Of a stretch of 39,879 nt of DNA, positions 1-11,730 are shown piece after piece (positions within the stretch are counted from its first letter, which is position 1; every line of letters starts with the position of its first letter). The notes under the pieces are model-generated. The model did no database searches and had not been told where the DNA came from. It worked only from the letters and a program-made list of their open reading frames with translations. The translations under genes were made by a program, and so were the position numbers. Source of the stretch: Octopus bimaculoides (lineage: Eukaryota); assembly GCF_001194135.2 (NCBI RefSeq), contig NC_068996.1, forward strand, positions 29,759,697 to 29,799,575. The letters run 5' to 3'.

Positions 1-35
<35 letters not shown>

Positions 36-90
36 TTACATGTACCTATACATACACACACACACACGTGTGTGTGTGTGTGTGTGTGTA
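1..90. repeat. Compound microsatellite (TA)n/(CA)n/(TG)n
   Basis: Read directly from the sequence. Confidence 0.95.
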
Positions 91-180
91 CATACATAAA
101 AGCTTTAAGTTGGAAGCAACCTAATGATGCAAACATTATCATATCACATACTTAATGTATGCATCTTGTTAAATGCTAGT

Positions 181-770
181 AGCTGGTATATTTCATCCAA
201 GAGATGCCCCTTTAAAGATATATAGAGTTAAAAAATACTGTATATTACAAAACTAGATTAAATAATTCAGCCCTGGAAGTGAACAAGAATCATATATATC
301 AATATTTCACAGTAATTTCTGCTTCATGGCACTGATGAAATATCAATATATGTTATTCTCATTCACTACTGGGATGGTTTCATTTTGCCTAGCACTATAC
401 ATCTTTAAAGGAGCCTCCTTCAGATGAAATACCACAGTTTAAAAGCATTTAACAACACACATAGATTAAATACGTGACATTGGCAATGATTACATTAAGG
501 AATTCCTTCTAACACAAAATCTGAAATTTGTTTTACTTGTGCAGTGCTTTTTCACATTAGCAGATACATTTTACATTGTCTGCATATACATTTGGTTGGT
601 AATTCAAATTCATTTTGGAAGTGAGGTGAATATATGGCACTGACAAGCAGAAAATACTACAAAATATTGATATACATCATTCTCATTCACATTTGGGGCA
701 GTTTCATTTTGTCTAGCTTTAAAGTAAACTGTGTTTTTTAACACTCTAAGTCTTTAAAGGAGCCTCCCTA
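181..770. repeat. Degenerate fold-back / MITE-like inverted repeat with duplicated right arm
   Basis: 181-335 is the imperfect reverse complement of ~330-440 and of ~636-770 (e.g. agctggtatatttcatc...ctttaaagat vs atctttaaaggagcc...gatgaaataccacagtt). Confidence 0.6.
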
Positions 771-1175
771 AGATGAAATACCACAGTTATAAGATGTCAG
801 AATTTTATAATCCTTCAAGAGAACATAAAATAATTCTGATTTGGAATACTGATTTGCGAAGCACATCACATGTAGCTATAAAGAAAAGCAGGTAAATATT
901 CTTTATAACTGTATGAAATGTGCTTCAAAAATCATTATTCCAAAAAGATATATATAAATGGGTAACCCTGTGATGAACTGGTGCTCTGTTCTGGGAGAAT
1001 GTTGGCTGGTCTGTCCTGACAGCACACTGGCATCATTCAGAACCTACAGCAATGTAAGGAATCACACTGTGACCATGACAAGAGCTATACAAAAAATCTG
1101 ACATCTTGGTCAATCCAATGATATAGTGACATACACATGCATGCACGCACACACACACTCATACACACAGATGTA

Positions 1176-1340
1176 GGCATGACTGTGTGGTAAGAAGTTT
1201 GCATTTCAACCACATGGTTCTGGGTTCAGTCCCACTGTATGGCACCTTGAGCAAAGTGTCTTCTACTATTGCCTTGGGCTGAATAAAGCCTTCTGAGCAG
1301 ATATGTTAGCCAGAAAATAAAAGGAACCTGATTTGTGTGT

Positions 1341-1377
<37 letters not shown>

Positions 1378-1620
1378 CGTGCATACATATGTGTGTACGT
1401 GTGTGTGTGTTCATGTTTTGCCCCAACACCAATTAACAGCTAGTGTTGGAGTGTTTACATCCCTGTGACTTAGTGGTTCACTGATAGAGTCTCATAGAAT
1501 AAGTAAGTACCAGACTTTAAAAATAATAAGTACTGGGGCTGATTTGTTCAACTAAGCCTTTCAAGGCAGTACTCCAGCATGGCTGCAGTCCAATAACTAA
1601 AATAAGTAAAAAATAAAAAA
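1176..1620 (+). mobile_element. tRNA-derived SINE, octopus type, with internal (TG)n tract
   Basis: A-box-like ggcatgactgtgtggt, B-box-like gggttcagtccc, body ggcaccttgagcaaagtgtcttctacta, 3' end ctccagcatggctgcagtc...aagtaaaaaataaaaaa. Family recalled, not searched. Confidence 0.8.
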
Positions 1621-2039
1621 TACTATATACACATATATATATATATATTGATTGCTTGTAGGAACATTGTATTTCGTTTAGCCTCCATAATATACTACCA
1701 AGTGTATTAAAGGTTTATAAGTCAATCCTGTGTACCACTTTTTAGTTGTTTCCATCTTAAAATTATCTCTACAGATTTCCCTTAGAATTTAGAGCCAGCA
1801 TTGAAAACTACAGCATTTTGTATGCAAGCACATCTATGTAAACAATGCAATTAAGATAGCAAAATAGATAATGAATGTATACACATATTTCAGGAGTTAT
1901 TGCTTCTTCTTCAGCATCACATTCAACTCATTAACTATCCAGCAATACATTGCTTAAATAGTAAGTAGAGCTGTGTAGGTACGTGCCAGTGGCAAGGATG
2001 TGTTTAATATGCAAATTGGTATCCCCAATAGTGTTACAT

Positions 2040-2128
2040 GCTGTAATTGAACACTGAGGGTCAATGTAACTGACAATCCCCTTTCCCCAAAATGTCAGGC
2101 ATTGTGCCTATAAGAGAAAGGATTATTA
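2040..2128 (+). mobile_element. SINE 3' tail remnant
   Basis: cactgagggtcaatgtaactgac...aaaatgtcaggcattgtgcctataagagaaaggattatt resembles a recalled cephalopod SINE 3' end. Confidence 0.45.
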
Positions 2129-2639
2129 CTTATACTCTTTTTAGTGCTTTCATTCCTACTGAAATTTTTAAAAAATTGTGAATTGTTATGTGTATTGTGT
2201 GAGGGATGTCAGGTGTTTATTGAAAATGTCAGGAATTCAAATACTTTTCATAAATTTGTTTGCTTGAGTGTAGGGGTTGGACAAAGAATGTTTGGGACTG
2301 ATCAGTTAAGATGTTTGACCCGTTTTGCGTGTGCATGTGCTTGTGTGACATACATGTTTAAACAAAAGACAAGTAACTTTTCAGGAGGATTAGCTTTTTA
2401 AGCAGTTTAGGTGGCAAAAAGGTCATCTGTTTATTGATTTCAGTGTATATAAAGAAATGTCAGCTATTTATTGAAAAATGAAACAGAAGACAAAAGATTT
2501 CTGATTGGTTGTTCTAGTTATGAAATGTCTGGCTGTCTACTAGTTTCAATAAATTTTTAACTTTAATCAGGGAAATCATTAAACAGTTGACTGTTTTTTG
2601 TTCAAAATATATGATTTTCTTTTATTTATGTATTTGTAT

Positions 2640-3094
2640 GTATATGTGTGTGCATGCATGATGATTGTTTAAAGCTTATTTTTTTTTAGTTATCTGTTTC
2701 AGTAACAGCAAAAACATCAGCATCATTAATATGTGGTGATGGTTTGGTTTGGTTATCTCAAAAACTCATTTTGTAATAACATTCTCTGTGTTTCCATAGA
2801 GTTCTTACACATTCAATTTTAGAAAAATATTTTTCCATTTTCTTCAATTGTTTTGAATCATCCCTTAGGCTTTTACAGATTTCTAGGTATTCAATCATGG
2901 GATCCTCTGTAAATCTGCTTGTTTAATCTGTTGTTTATATGTTATTGCTCATTCATAAAGGATGTTTTCAGTCTGACTGATCCCATTTTCTTTGCAGGTG
3001 GGACAGGTTATGCAATATAAAAAATTTCTTGTTTTGCAGTTTATGTTTGCATCTATTTGGAAAGAGTATCCACTTTTAAATCTTATTTTGGAGC
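2640..3094 (-). mobile_element. Penelope-like element A, GIY-YIG endonuclease part (degenerate)
   Basis: Minus-strand translation KIRFKSGYSFQIDANINCKTRNFLYCITCPTCKENGISQTENILYE*AITYKQQIK fits the PLE GIY-YIG pattern (IYxIxCxxC...YIGQT...R...H). Confidence 0.8.
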
Positions 3095-3399
3095 TGTAGG
3101 ACTGGTGACCTCACCAGAAGTATAGGGCCAGTGACATCACACAAATGGCCAAGGGTTCTTGCTGGAAAGACAAGAGCAATGGAGGTCATGTGAGTAGAAA
3201 GACAATTAGTGTGGGCCTCTTTTGCTTTGGGGCTGTCACTCAAGATGGACATGGTTGCTGTGTGAGTTCAGGAAATTTTCCACTAGATTCTGGTAGGAGG
3301 TTAGGCAGATAGGTCACTCATGAACATATCCCATCTGGAAAGGATCAACATCACAAGAGGAGCTGCAAGGTAAGTGAGTTACATTTTTTTTACCCCACA
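3095..3399 (+). repeat. 5' LTR
   Basis: Starts tgtagg, ends taccccaca; aligns to 6947-7290 (shared gtgagttcaggaaattt, ccactag, ggttaggca, ttttacccca). Confidence 0.85.
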
Positions 3400-3559
3400 A
3401 CCCCAAGCTTCCTTGGCCTTTGTGCATTTTTTCTCCCTTTTCTGGATAATATATATCAACAAAAATAAGGATCAATAATGATGCCATCAGACCCTTCTGT
3501 GATGAGGGAGATGTTATCACCTGGATTCAGATAATCAAGGTGGTGGCCAGGCTGCAAGG

Positions 3560-6500
3560 CATTGAGGAAATGGCAGGTTTCATGGCTCCGTACTTGGAAA
3601 GAAATGCATTGGCATTGTACCTTAAAATGGAAAAAGTGGACTAACTGGATGTGGAGAAGATGGAACAGTGCTTACAGGAAATGTTTGTGGAAAGGTCACA
3701 CTGTGTTTACCAAACTTGGAAAGGCAAGATGGATGGGAGAGTAAGTGAACATGTATGCAGCAGAAATTTGGAGATTAACCACACTCTTAGAGTTTACAGG
3801 GGAAGGCCTGGAAAAGTCTGAGTGGCTAGCATTTGTAAATGGCTTCCCCAATGAGATATCAGTGTGACTGCAACATTTACTAGGCAATGACATGATGTCT
3901 ATGAGTGAACTCATCACTCAAGCTTGTGTGTCAATATGAAACGCCAAGCAGAATGTTATGGTGCTACCAGCTATGGAAGCCTACAGCATCAGGTGGTAAT
4001 CAAAGAATGACTAGGAGAGAAGATACTCTGTGGAGTGCCTGCAAACATTTAAAGGCCTGTACTTTAAGTGTTAGAACCTGCACATGCTAAGGGGCTGCAG
4101 GAAGCCAAAGCCCAAACCAATTCACTACTGATGCAAGTAGGCAGGACATATTGTCAGCAACTGCAGTCAGGAAAATAATGAAAAGGCAACTATTGTGCCA
4201 CTAGCAATCCCTGCAAGCAAACAGAGGTACTTATAAAGTTGCTTCCTATAATGGATGTTCCAGTTGTGAGGAAGGTGTTAAAAGCCCTAATGGACACAAG
4301 TGGTACAATGACCTTAGTGACACCAAAAGAGGCTAAATAGTGGAACAGGATGTGTAGTGTAAGACCAGTTGATGGCAGAGAAATTAGATGTAGAGGTAGC
4401 AGTGAAGTGGTGCGAGCAAGTGTGATTGACCATGTGGACTGAGACCATGTGGATTGACCATGTGGATCAAGTTGATGTGATTGTGGGCTAGATTATGATT
4501 GGCCACCTAGGAGGTATCATAGGTAGTGAAGATAAGGTTACAATTGGTGTTGCAGAGGTATCATGTGTCGTGAGTCTGTAATAGGTAAGTTAGGAGAGCC
4601 CTGAAGAGAAATGTGTTGCATACACCATTATAGACAAGGATCTTCAGACTGTATTCAACAGCCAGCAGTGGACAACTGAGTGGTATTGTAAAGGACACTC
4701 CCCAACATTAAGAAATAAGGTGAGCTGTTATAAGTTTACCCTGAAATGAGATGTTAGGAGCAAGTTTGAGGGAGAGGTGGAAGGAGGAGGTACATAGTGC
4801 TGCTAATGGCAGTGGTGCAGCCAATGAAAAACAATGTTAGATTGGTACCAGACTTGTGAGAGCTGAATGATTTTGTACTGTTCCATAAAGGCAGCAATGT
4901 TACTAATGTCTGGGGAGAACCATTGTGAAAATGGAGACAGATAACAAGAGCTTCCGCAATTGTCAACTTGAAGCTGGTATATTTACAGCTACATGTGGCT
5001 GAGAAATATGGTATCAGCTGGTAAGATATAAGGGCCAGACATACTGTTTGACTAGGCTGGGTTTGGGGCAGAATTCAGTATCAAAGGTCATGGCAATGTT
5101 TCCCAAATCTATTCTGGGAAAGGAGGACATGGTAAGAAAAAGCACCAATTACTATATTGATGACATCTTAGTAAATGAGACTGTGGTGTCAGCAACAGAG
5201 GTCATAGGTCATAAAGAAGTTTGAACTAACCACAAAACTGCCAGAGGAACTCGACTGGGGTTCATACTGTGAAGAGACAAGGCTGACATATTTTGGAGAG
5301 GAAATGAAATTCCGAAATTAGATACCAATATGAACAAACAAGAACTGTTTCCAATGTGTGGGAAACTATTGGTTTACTAAACAATTGCAGGGTGGATCCC
5401 AACGGCATATAGCTACATCAAGAGATAAAAGGATGGGATGAGCTGGGGTAACAAAGTGGGAGAGAGAGAGAGGACTGTGGCTATGATGCAGTGGGTAAGA
5501 GTGGCAGACCCAATAAGTGGAAGCTAATATGTGCCCAAATGGAGAAGGGAACCACATGGTGTGATGCTAACAGCATAGTGATAGAGAATATTCTGGAAAT
5601 AGGGAGCATTGAGGTGAAGGATGCTACCTGGCTCAGGAAAATGGATGATTGCAACCACATCAACACAGTTGAATTGGACACAGTACCAAAAGGAGCGAAT
5701 CTGGCCCTGATATAAGGTTGCATACTATCAAGATTTGAACAAAATCGGCCACTGTGTTTGCATGAGTAGTATCAGTGATCATTCATAAGAGAAGTGCCCA
5801 AACAAAAGGAGCAGCAGAGATGTTAATAAAGCACTGCTGAGGGATTCTGGGAGAGCTAACTACTGAATTCAGTCTGAAGTTAAGCATGGTCTTTGTGCCC
5901 TTGGAAAGAAATAAGACAGACATCCTAACCAAGGTTGGAAGTGCCAGAGTATTTGGAGTGGGGGATAGCTGCAGTGTGTTGGTTGAATGACTTGGAACTA
6001 AAGAGAGACTGCCTACTACACATCATGTGGGAGTGGACAGGACTCTATACCTAGCCAAGAAAGTTGATCCTGATGTTACTAGATAGTGCGTTCAGAAATT
6101 GGTTGAGAGTTGTGACAGGTGTCAATCCATCAACTCCACTGCAGGAAACATCTCAGTGAAATATAATGGGAAACAATTGGCAGTGGATGTGACTCACTAC
6201 TGGCTGGGGATATATCTCTTGATGATTGACTGTGAACCAGGGCAGATGATAATATTGAAGGAAATCAAGATGGGGACTGCAGATGAAGCTGCACGAATCC
6301 TGAATGAGATATTCCTGGAGCAGAGCACCGTGGGTGAATTGCTGATGGACATCAGCACTGCATTTCCTTTGGAGGTGTTGAAGGAAATGCTTGATGAGTG
6401 GAACATGAATCACTTCTTCAGAGTGGCATATAGACTGAGTGGAAATTGGATCATGGAGAGACACCATCACATTTTCAAAGCCATGGTGGAGAGGGAACAT

Positions 6501-6700
6501 ATCTCACCAACTGAGGCAGTATTTTGGTATATGTCACCCAGTGAGGACAGGCTGATGAGTTGGTGCCATGCAGAGCAACATACAGATATGAATGATGACA
6601 TCTGTGTATGGTATCACAGTAAACTGGAAAGAGAGAGAGACTGCCTTTGTGCAAGTAGGGAATGAAGCCTAGGTCAAGCCTTCAAATGCTTGTTGCATGT
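3560..6700 (+). pseudogene. Gypsy gag-pol pseudogene with many stops and frameshifts
   Basis: gag LAFVNGFPNEISV; CCHC knuckle remnant Y*CK*AGHIVSNC (~4126-4165); protease ALMDTSG (D at 4293); RT LMAVVQP and YIDD (5153-5164); RNase H WCDANS...DATWLRK...HINTVEL; integrase LAVDVTHY...ERHHHIFK (ORF 6099-6665). Confidence 0.9.
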
Positions 6701-6946
6701 TTCAATGGGGGAAAAGGAATAGTAACAACTGTGAATTCTCAAAATAACATGCCTCTGGGTGGAATACCATATCATGTCTTGGGTGTTCACAGGATTGTCA
6801 AGTTGTTGGATGACAAAGGAGGAAAAAAGGATGCAAGCAGCACTCCGTCTTTGTGGAGATGACAAAGGGAGAGGTATCTGCTAAGGTGACTGGTGAATTT
6901 TGACGTAGATAGAGATGATGAGGTGATCTTAGAAATCAGGGAGGTA

Positions 6947-7290
6947 TGTGGGGCTGGGGCCTTGACAGAAGCAAAGGGTCAGTGATGTCACATTAATGGT
7001 TAAGGGACCTTGCCAGAAGGATAGGAGCAAGGGATGTCAAGTGAGTGGAAAAGCAACTAACATGAACCTTTTTCACTTTAGGGGCTGTTACTTGGGACTG
7101 ATGTGGCCATGTGAGTTCAGGAAATTTGCCACTAGGTTCTGGCCAAAGGTTAGGCATGCAGATCATTCATAGATATAGCCTAGATCGACATTAAAAGATT
7201 AAGCATATAGAACATTCATAGATATATCCCAGATCGACATTAAAAGAGGACCTGTGAAGTAGGTGAGCTATGTTTTTACCCCATACCACA
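6947..7290 (+). repeat. 3' LTR with an internal ~35-bp tandem duplication
   Basis: Follows purine tract agaaatcagggaggta; starts tgtggg, ends ccaca; cattcatagatata..agatcgacattaaaaga occurs twice (~7164-7198, ~7213-7247). Confidence 0.85.
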
Positions 7291-7875
7291 GGATCCACTT
7301 TCCAAATAGTTGAAATGATTCCATATCTGCTGTCCCCACAAGCTATTACAAGAAGTTTTGGGTTATCTTCTGACATGAATAACATGGATTCTGGCCTTGT
7401 GAAATATTTCTTAAATCTTTTTTGGTTGACATTCACTGTTTATTATACAATTTTCTTTCACAAGACCTCTCATTTTGAGGATTTGAAATAGGATTGGTAG
7501 ATTTGCTTTTATGAAGGTGGATATATTTGTCATTCTTGGATCATGTGGGTTGAGAAGGGGAATAATATTCTTCTCAACTTTCTAGATGTCCTGAATTGTG
7601 ATATATCAATCTCTTTTAATCCTACTATCTATTTGTTTCAAGAGGTAATGTTGAAGTTGTAGAAAGCCTCTAAGTGCAAAGAGTCAAATTTTTCATAATT
7701 TTGGATTGCCCACAAATACATCTCACCACACAATACAGAATATTCCATTTGATGTGTGAGAAATGGCAAGAGTAAGAATTGAAGTGCTGATATGTGTCTG
7801 TTTTCTTTGCAGAATATATTACCTTGGAGTTGTATACTTTTATGTGGATGTCTAAAAGTGGTAGGTTACTTAAAT
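7291..7875 (-). mobile_element. Penelope-like element A, RT C-terminus and linker (5'-truncated)
   Basis: ORF 7670-7915: LPLLDIHIK...KKTDTYQHFNSYSCHFSHIKWNILY (PLE RT end); ORF 7191-7436: CGDSRYGI (Cys linker). Reading continues across the LTR insertion into 3094. Confidence 0.82.
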
Positions 7876-9364
7876 TGGGACAATTAGTTGCAGGACACAA
7901 TCTCCAGCATAACATTTATGTCATATCTTAGATTTACTTTGCCCACTGGTCCACAGTTATCTATGAAATGACATGGATTTCCTTAAACCCATTCCATCTA
8001 TCATCCATAAGGAAGTAATCTAATGACCTTCAACAGTAGTAACTTTTATACTAATATATTACAGACTTTGGACCAAGAAAATCATATTTCTTTAGACTAA
8101 AATGTTTTTCTTGGTGACATTTTTCTCTTTCTCTCACTGAAGTGACATTTCTCAAGTCATTCTAACAGAGACTTTTAGGTATTTCTATGTTGCATTACCA
8201 TTGCTTCTTATCTGTCATACACTGAATCACAACCCTTCATTGTAACATCCAAGCTTTACAATATATTTCTATCAAAATGTCTTCCTTTGAATTTAATATG
8301 AACCATCATCTTCTGTTTTAATCTCTTTGAGTTAGTGATTGCTGCCTCAAAGAGCTTTTGCAACTGCATTACATTGTTACATGTACACAATACAAATTTT
8401 GTGACATCCAACATCTAAATGATAAGCAACCATACACTTTTCACATAGAGAACTTTTGTCAGACACTGCAAAGCAAGTACAATAAAGAAATACTGAACAA
8501 AAGTATACAAAAATAGAGAACAAGAAATTTTCTCCATAAACATTCTACAAATCTGTTACTTGAAGCACTTTTTACTAAAATGATATCTTCATTGTTAAAA
8601 AGATTAATTTTAGCAAGAAAAACAATGGACATTTCACTGTTTTTTCTCACAATATTTTTATTGATTGTGCTTGATTTTCTTTTGAAACAGCAATGTCTTG
8701 AATGAAACATTCTCATTTTTTCCATTCATCTCTTATTTTCACTTGCTTTATGTACACTCATTCATATTGACATGAATACTTACATGTTTTTTTATGCAGT
8801 TGTTGTACACACCACTTGCATACACATGATGGTAACTAACTTTGTCATTCGATTTTTTCATGACAAGTTTAGCTCTGGGAGTGGTTCATGATGGACACCT
8901 GATACAACTTTTAAATTCAAGCTTTAGTATAACTAACTCTCCCATGAATTCTACAATCTTGCAGACTTGCATCTTTTCCTACCTGTAATCTTGCTTTTGA
9001 TGTCATCAGTTATTTTTGCACCAATCTTACACACACATGCTCTTTACACTATTATTTTGTCATTTGCAATTTTTCTATCTGTTTTTGCATGAATGCTTTT
9101 TTATCATGGGACCCACATTCTTTACTGTACTCTCTGTTAGTTTAGGCAACATATATGCATACATTTTAATGTGCCTCCAGTGGTTAGTTCCAGCTCTAAG
9201 TCAATGTTAAGCTTTAAATCCTAACACCATTCTGTTGGATACTATATAAGAGGCATTTCATATTGTACTGCTTCGTTTTTTTCATTTATCAGACATCAGT
9301 TATGTTTTATATTGGTGAAAAAGTGAGGAGCTCAAGTTTGAACTCACTATACATTTTACTTTGT

Positions 9365-9774
9365 GGTGAAATCTTAGAGTGTGTTGACATCTTGGCTAGA
9401 AGGCCATATGTGTGACAGCAGGATTTCTATGACTTTACCGGCACAAATTTCTGGCTTCCTAATCTCCTTGGTTGTAATCCCATGAATTCTACTGTGTAAG
9501 GTGTAGTTGAGAAAGATATCAACTGCTCCACTCAGGCTGCAGCACCAAGGCCAAGCTGGTGGCCAATATCAAGGAGGTGTTCAAAGATCTTCCCAGAGAC
9601 ACAGTGAGGAATGCCTGTGCCAGGTTCTGGAGCTGTTTTGAGGGCATCTACTTTGAGTAAAATGTTAGCAATAATCTAGTAGACATTTTCTGATTTTTTA
9701 TAATACCTTGGATGGAATATTGAGTTTTCTTTTCCTTTAATGCACACTGTCAGATTTAGCCCGAATATCCTGTG
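9365..9774 (+). mobile_element. Tc1/mariner transposase 3' remnant, maT/DD37D-like, with right end
   Basis: Translates to (W)LPNLLGCNPMNSTV*GVVEKD...TKAKLVANIKEVFKDLPRDTVRNACARF...GIYFE*, a degenerate WPPxSPDLNPxDY...WG motif; ends ...cccgaatatcctgtg like a TIR. Confidence 0.75.
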
Positions 9775-10192
9775 TGCATATATATATCTTTCTAAGCCAT
9801 CATCTGAAACTGCTCAGTATGTCCATGAACTCACCAACTTACATCTTTTACAAAAAAAATCTCTCAGATTTCTTCAGTTAACTATTTGGTGATGAAATTT
9901 CCAATTACCTCTCTGGGAAATCAGATCAACATGAATTAATACAATAACTTCATTGTTGCCCATAAGACTATAATTGTACAGTTAGTCATTCTGGCATCTC
10001 TGGTGCACTATTTTCTTTGTATTAATATATCTCAGATATTTACCAAAAGTATCAAAATGATGTACCAATTGTTTTCTGAGGGAACACTCATTTTCCAAAA
10101 GTATTATCTGACTAGGATCAGGTAGGTATTACAAACTGGCTTGTTGGACGAGATATTTTTACCAATGTATTTATACAGCGAAACGTTAAATT

Positions 10193-10223
10193 TCTCTCTC
10201 TCTATATATATATATAGAGAGAG

Positions 10224-10272
<49 letters not shown>
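10193..10272. repeat. Compound microsatellite (CT)/(TA)/(GA)/(GATA)n
   Basis: Read directly from the sequence. Confidence 0.95.
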
Positions 10273-11189
10273 TCAAGCGCACACGCATAGGCACAGAATA
10301 TTAAAAGTTTAAAGCTAGATGATGTTTCAAATGAATTCATAGACCCGATGTACTTAAGTGGGCGTGTACTCAAAATTTTTTTATCAGTATTTTGCTTTAC
10401 AAAAACCATTGTAAATACACGGATCTCAAAGAAATTCATTAATGAAGCAATACATTTCATGATATTATATGAAATAAACAATATGTGTATGTGTACACAG
10501 AGTAAACAACAGGTGCAATGAAGAAAGACAACGTAAACAGTACGAAGAGTATTTAAATGTTAGTGTAAATATAAATTTGAAGAATTATTATTAAGAAAAT
10601 ATTAACAGACCACTTATTTATGTTCATATATACATTTCAGAATACAAGAAGATTAAAAGAACGAGAGAAGTATTAAGAGAATTTAGCAACATACCTTCAT
10701 TGTAAAAGTTGCTGTTGGGACAGAAAGTTTATAACTGTTAAGAGAAAAACTGAACCAACCGGGTTATTAGGGGAAGTAACTCTAGAGTGTTTGAACAAGA
10801 ACATGTTTATCGAAATAAGTTCCTCGTGGCTAGATGACAATATTTACCTTTGAACTTCGACCTCTCCAATAGTTAAGAGTTAATTAAAGAAGATTGTCAT
10901 CAGGCATTTATTTGTTATGTTCATGATAACTGTTTATATCAAAATATAAACTGCTACGGTAAATTAGTGACGCAATAACCGCGCTTTTGTTTCAATGCTT
11001 TATTACATTAGAAAATATCATTATTGTCGTTTAACGTCCGTTCCATACTAGCTTTGATTGGACAATATTTCAATAGATTTTAGCTAACACACGATGTATA
11101 GACATATAGGCTTTTTCTTTTACATACATGCGTCTATACATAGTTGCTTTCTCGTATACGAACAAAACTATTGCTAGAAAGAATCAGTG

Positions 11190-11670
11190 AAATGAGTTAT
11201 TGATGATGCAATGTGAGGCCCTTGTGTGACTCTTGAGCCTGGTCAAAAACGGGCACATTCTGTTGTATAATACACAGCTGTGCTGACTGCCAGAGGGAAT
11301 AGGTGCCACAGTATGAAGTCTTTTGACATGCCTTTTCAATCCTCTGACTGAAAACCAGACTTTTCCACAAGTTGCATATATCTGTTGTGAACAATAGCTG
11401 TATCACAATTTACAAAGGGTTGATTCCTGTGAGTTCTCTGATGGCTGACCAGGCCTGCATGACTCCATTTCCTTTCGCAAATCACACACATAAAAGACAA
11501 CACTCCCTCATTTTCCACAGGTTGATTCTTTCTAAACATTCCCTTGATCTTCTTGTGCTTCATTCTCTCTCTTTCAAACTTCGAACAACCACTGTGCACT
11601 CTTTTCTGCCATCCATTTTGATCTAGTGCCTCCCTCTCCCAATCAACAATTGAAACTCCTGTCTGTGTCA
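11190..11670 (-). mobile_element. RTE-type LINE 3' fragment ending in three C2H2 zinc fingers
   Basis: DWEREALDQNGWQKRVHSGCSKFERER is a typical RTE C-terminus; it is followed by CVICERKWSHAGLVSHQRTH and, after a frameshift, (Y)ATCGKVWFSVRGLKRHVKRLH and CVL(Y)NRMCPFLTRLKSHTRASH. Confidence 0.75.
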
Positions 11671-11730
11671 TACATACATACATACATACATACATACATT
11701 ACACATTTACATACAAACATACATACGTAA

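Larger units (their letters stand above)
3095..7290 (+). mobile_element. Full-length but degenerate Ty3/Gypsy LTR retrotransposon, 4196 bp
   Basis: TG...CA termini, two related LTRs, 5-bp TSD GGAGC/GGATC, purine tract before the 3' LTR, domain order gag-PR-RT-RH-IN. Confidence 0.92.

Noticed and set aside
961-1130. Possible additional SINE-like fragment
   Set aside because: Only vague resemblance to recalled repeats; no A/B boxes or tail.
1176-1240. tRNA gene
   Set aside because: The A/B boxes belong to the SINE head; no cloverleaf can be formed.
7900-9250. Possible host exon or very old LINE remnants on the minus strand
   Set aside because: Only faint LQKLFEA...MMV and endonuclease-like hints; no diagnostic motif or consistent splice signals.
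11200-11490. Host C2H2 zinc-finger gene exon
   Set aside because: Contiguous with an RTE C-terminus, frameshifted, lacks TGEKP linkers, and has lost Cys ligands.
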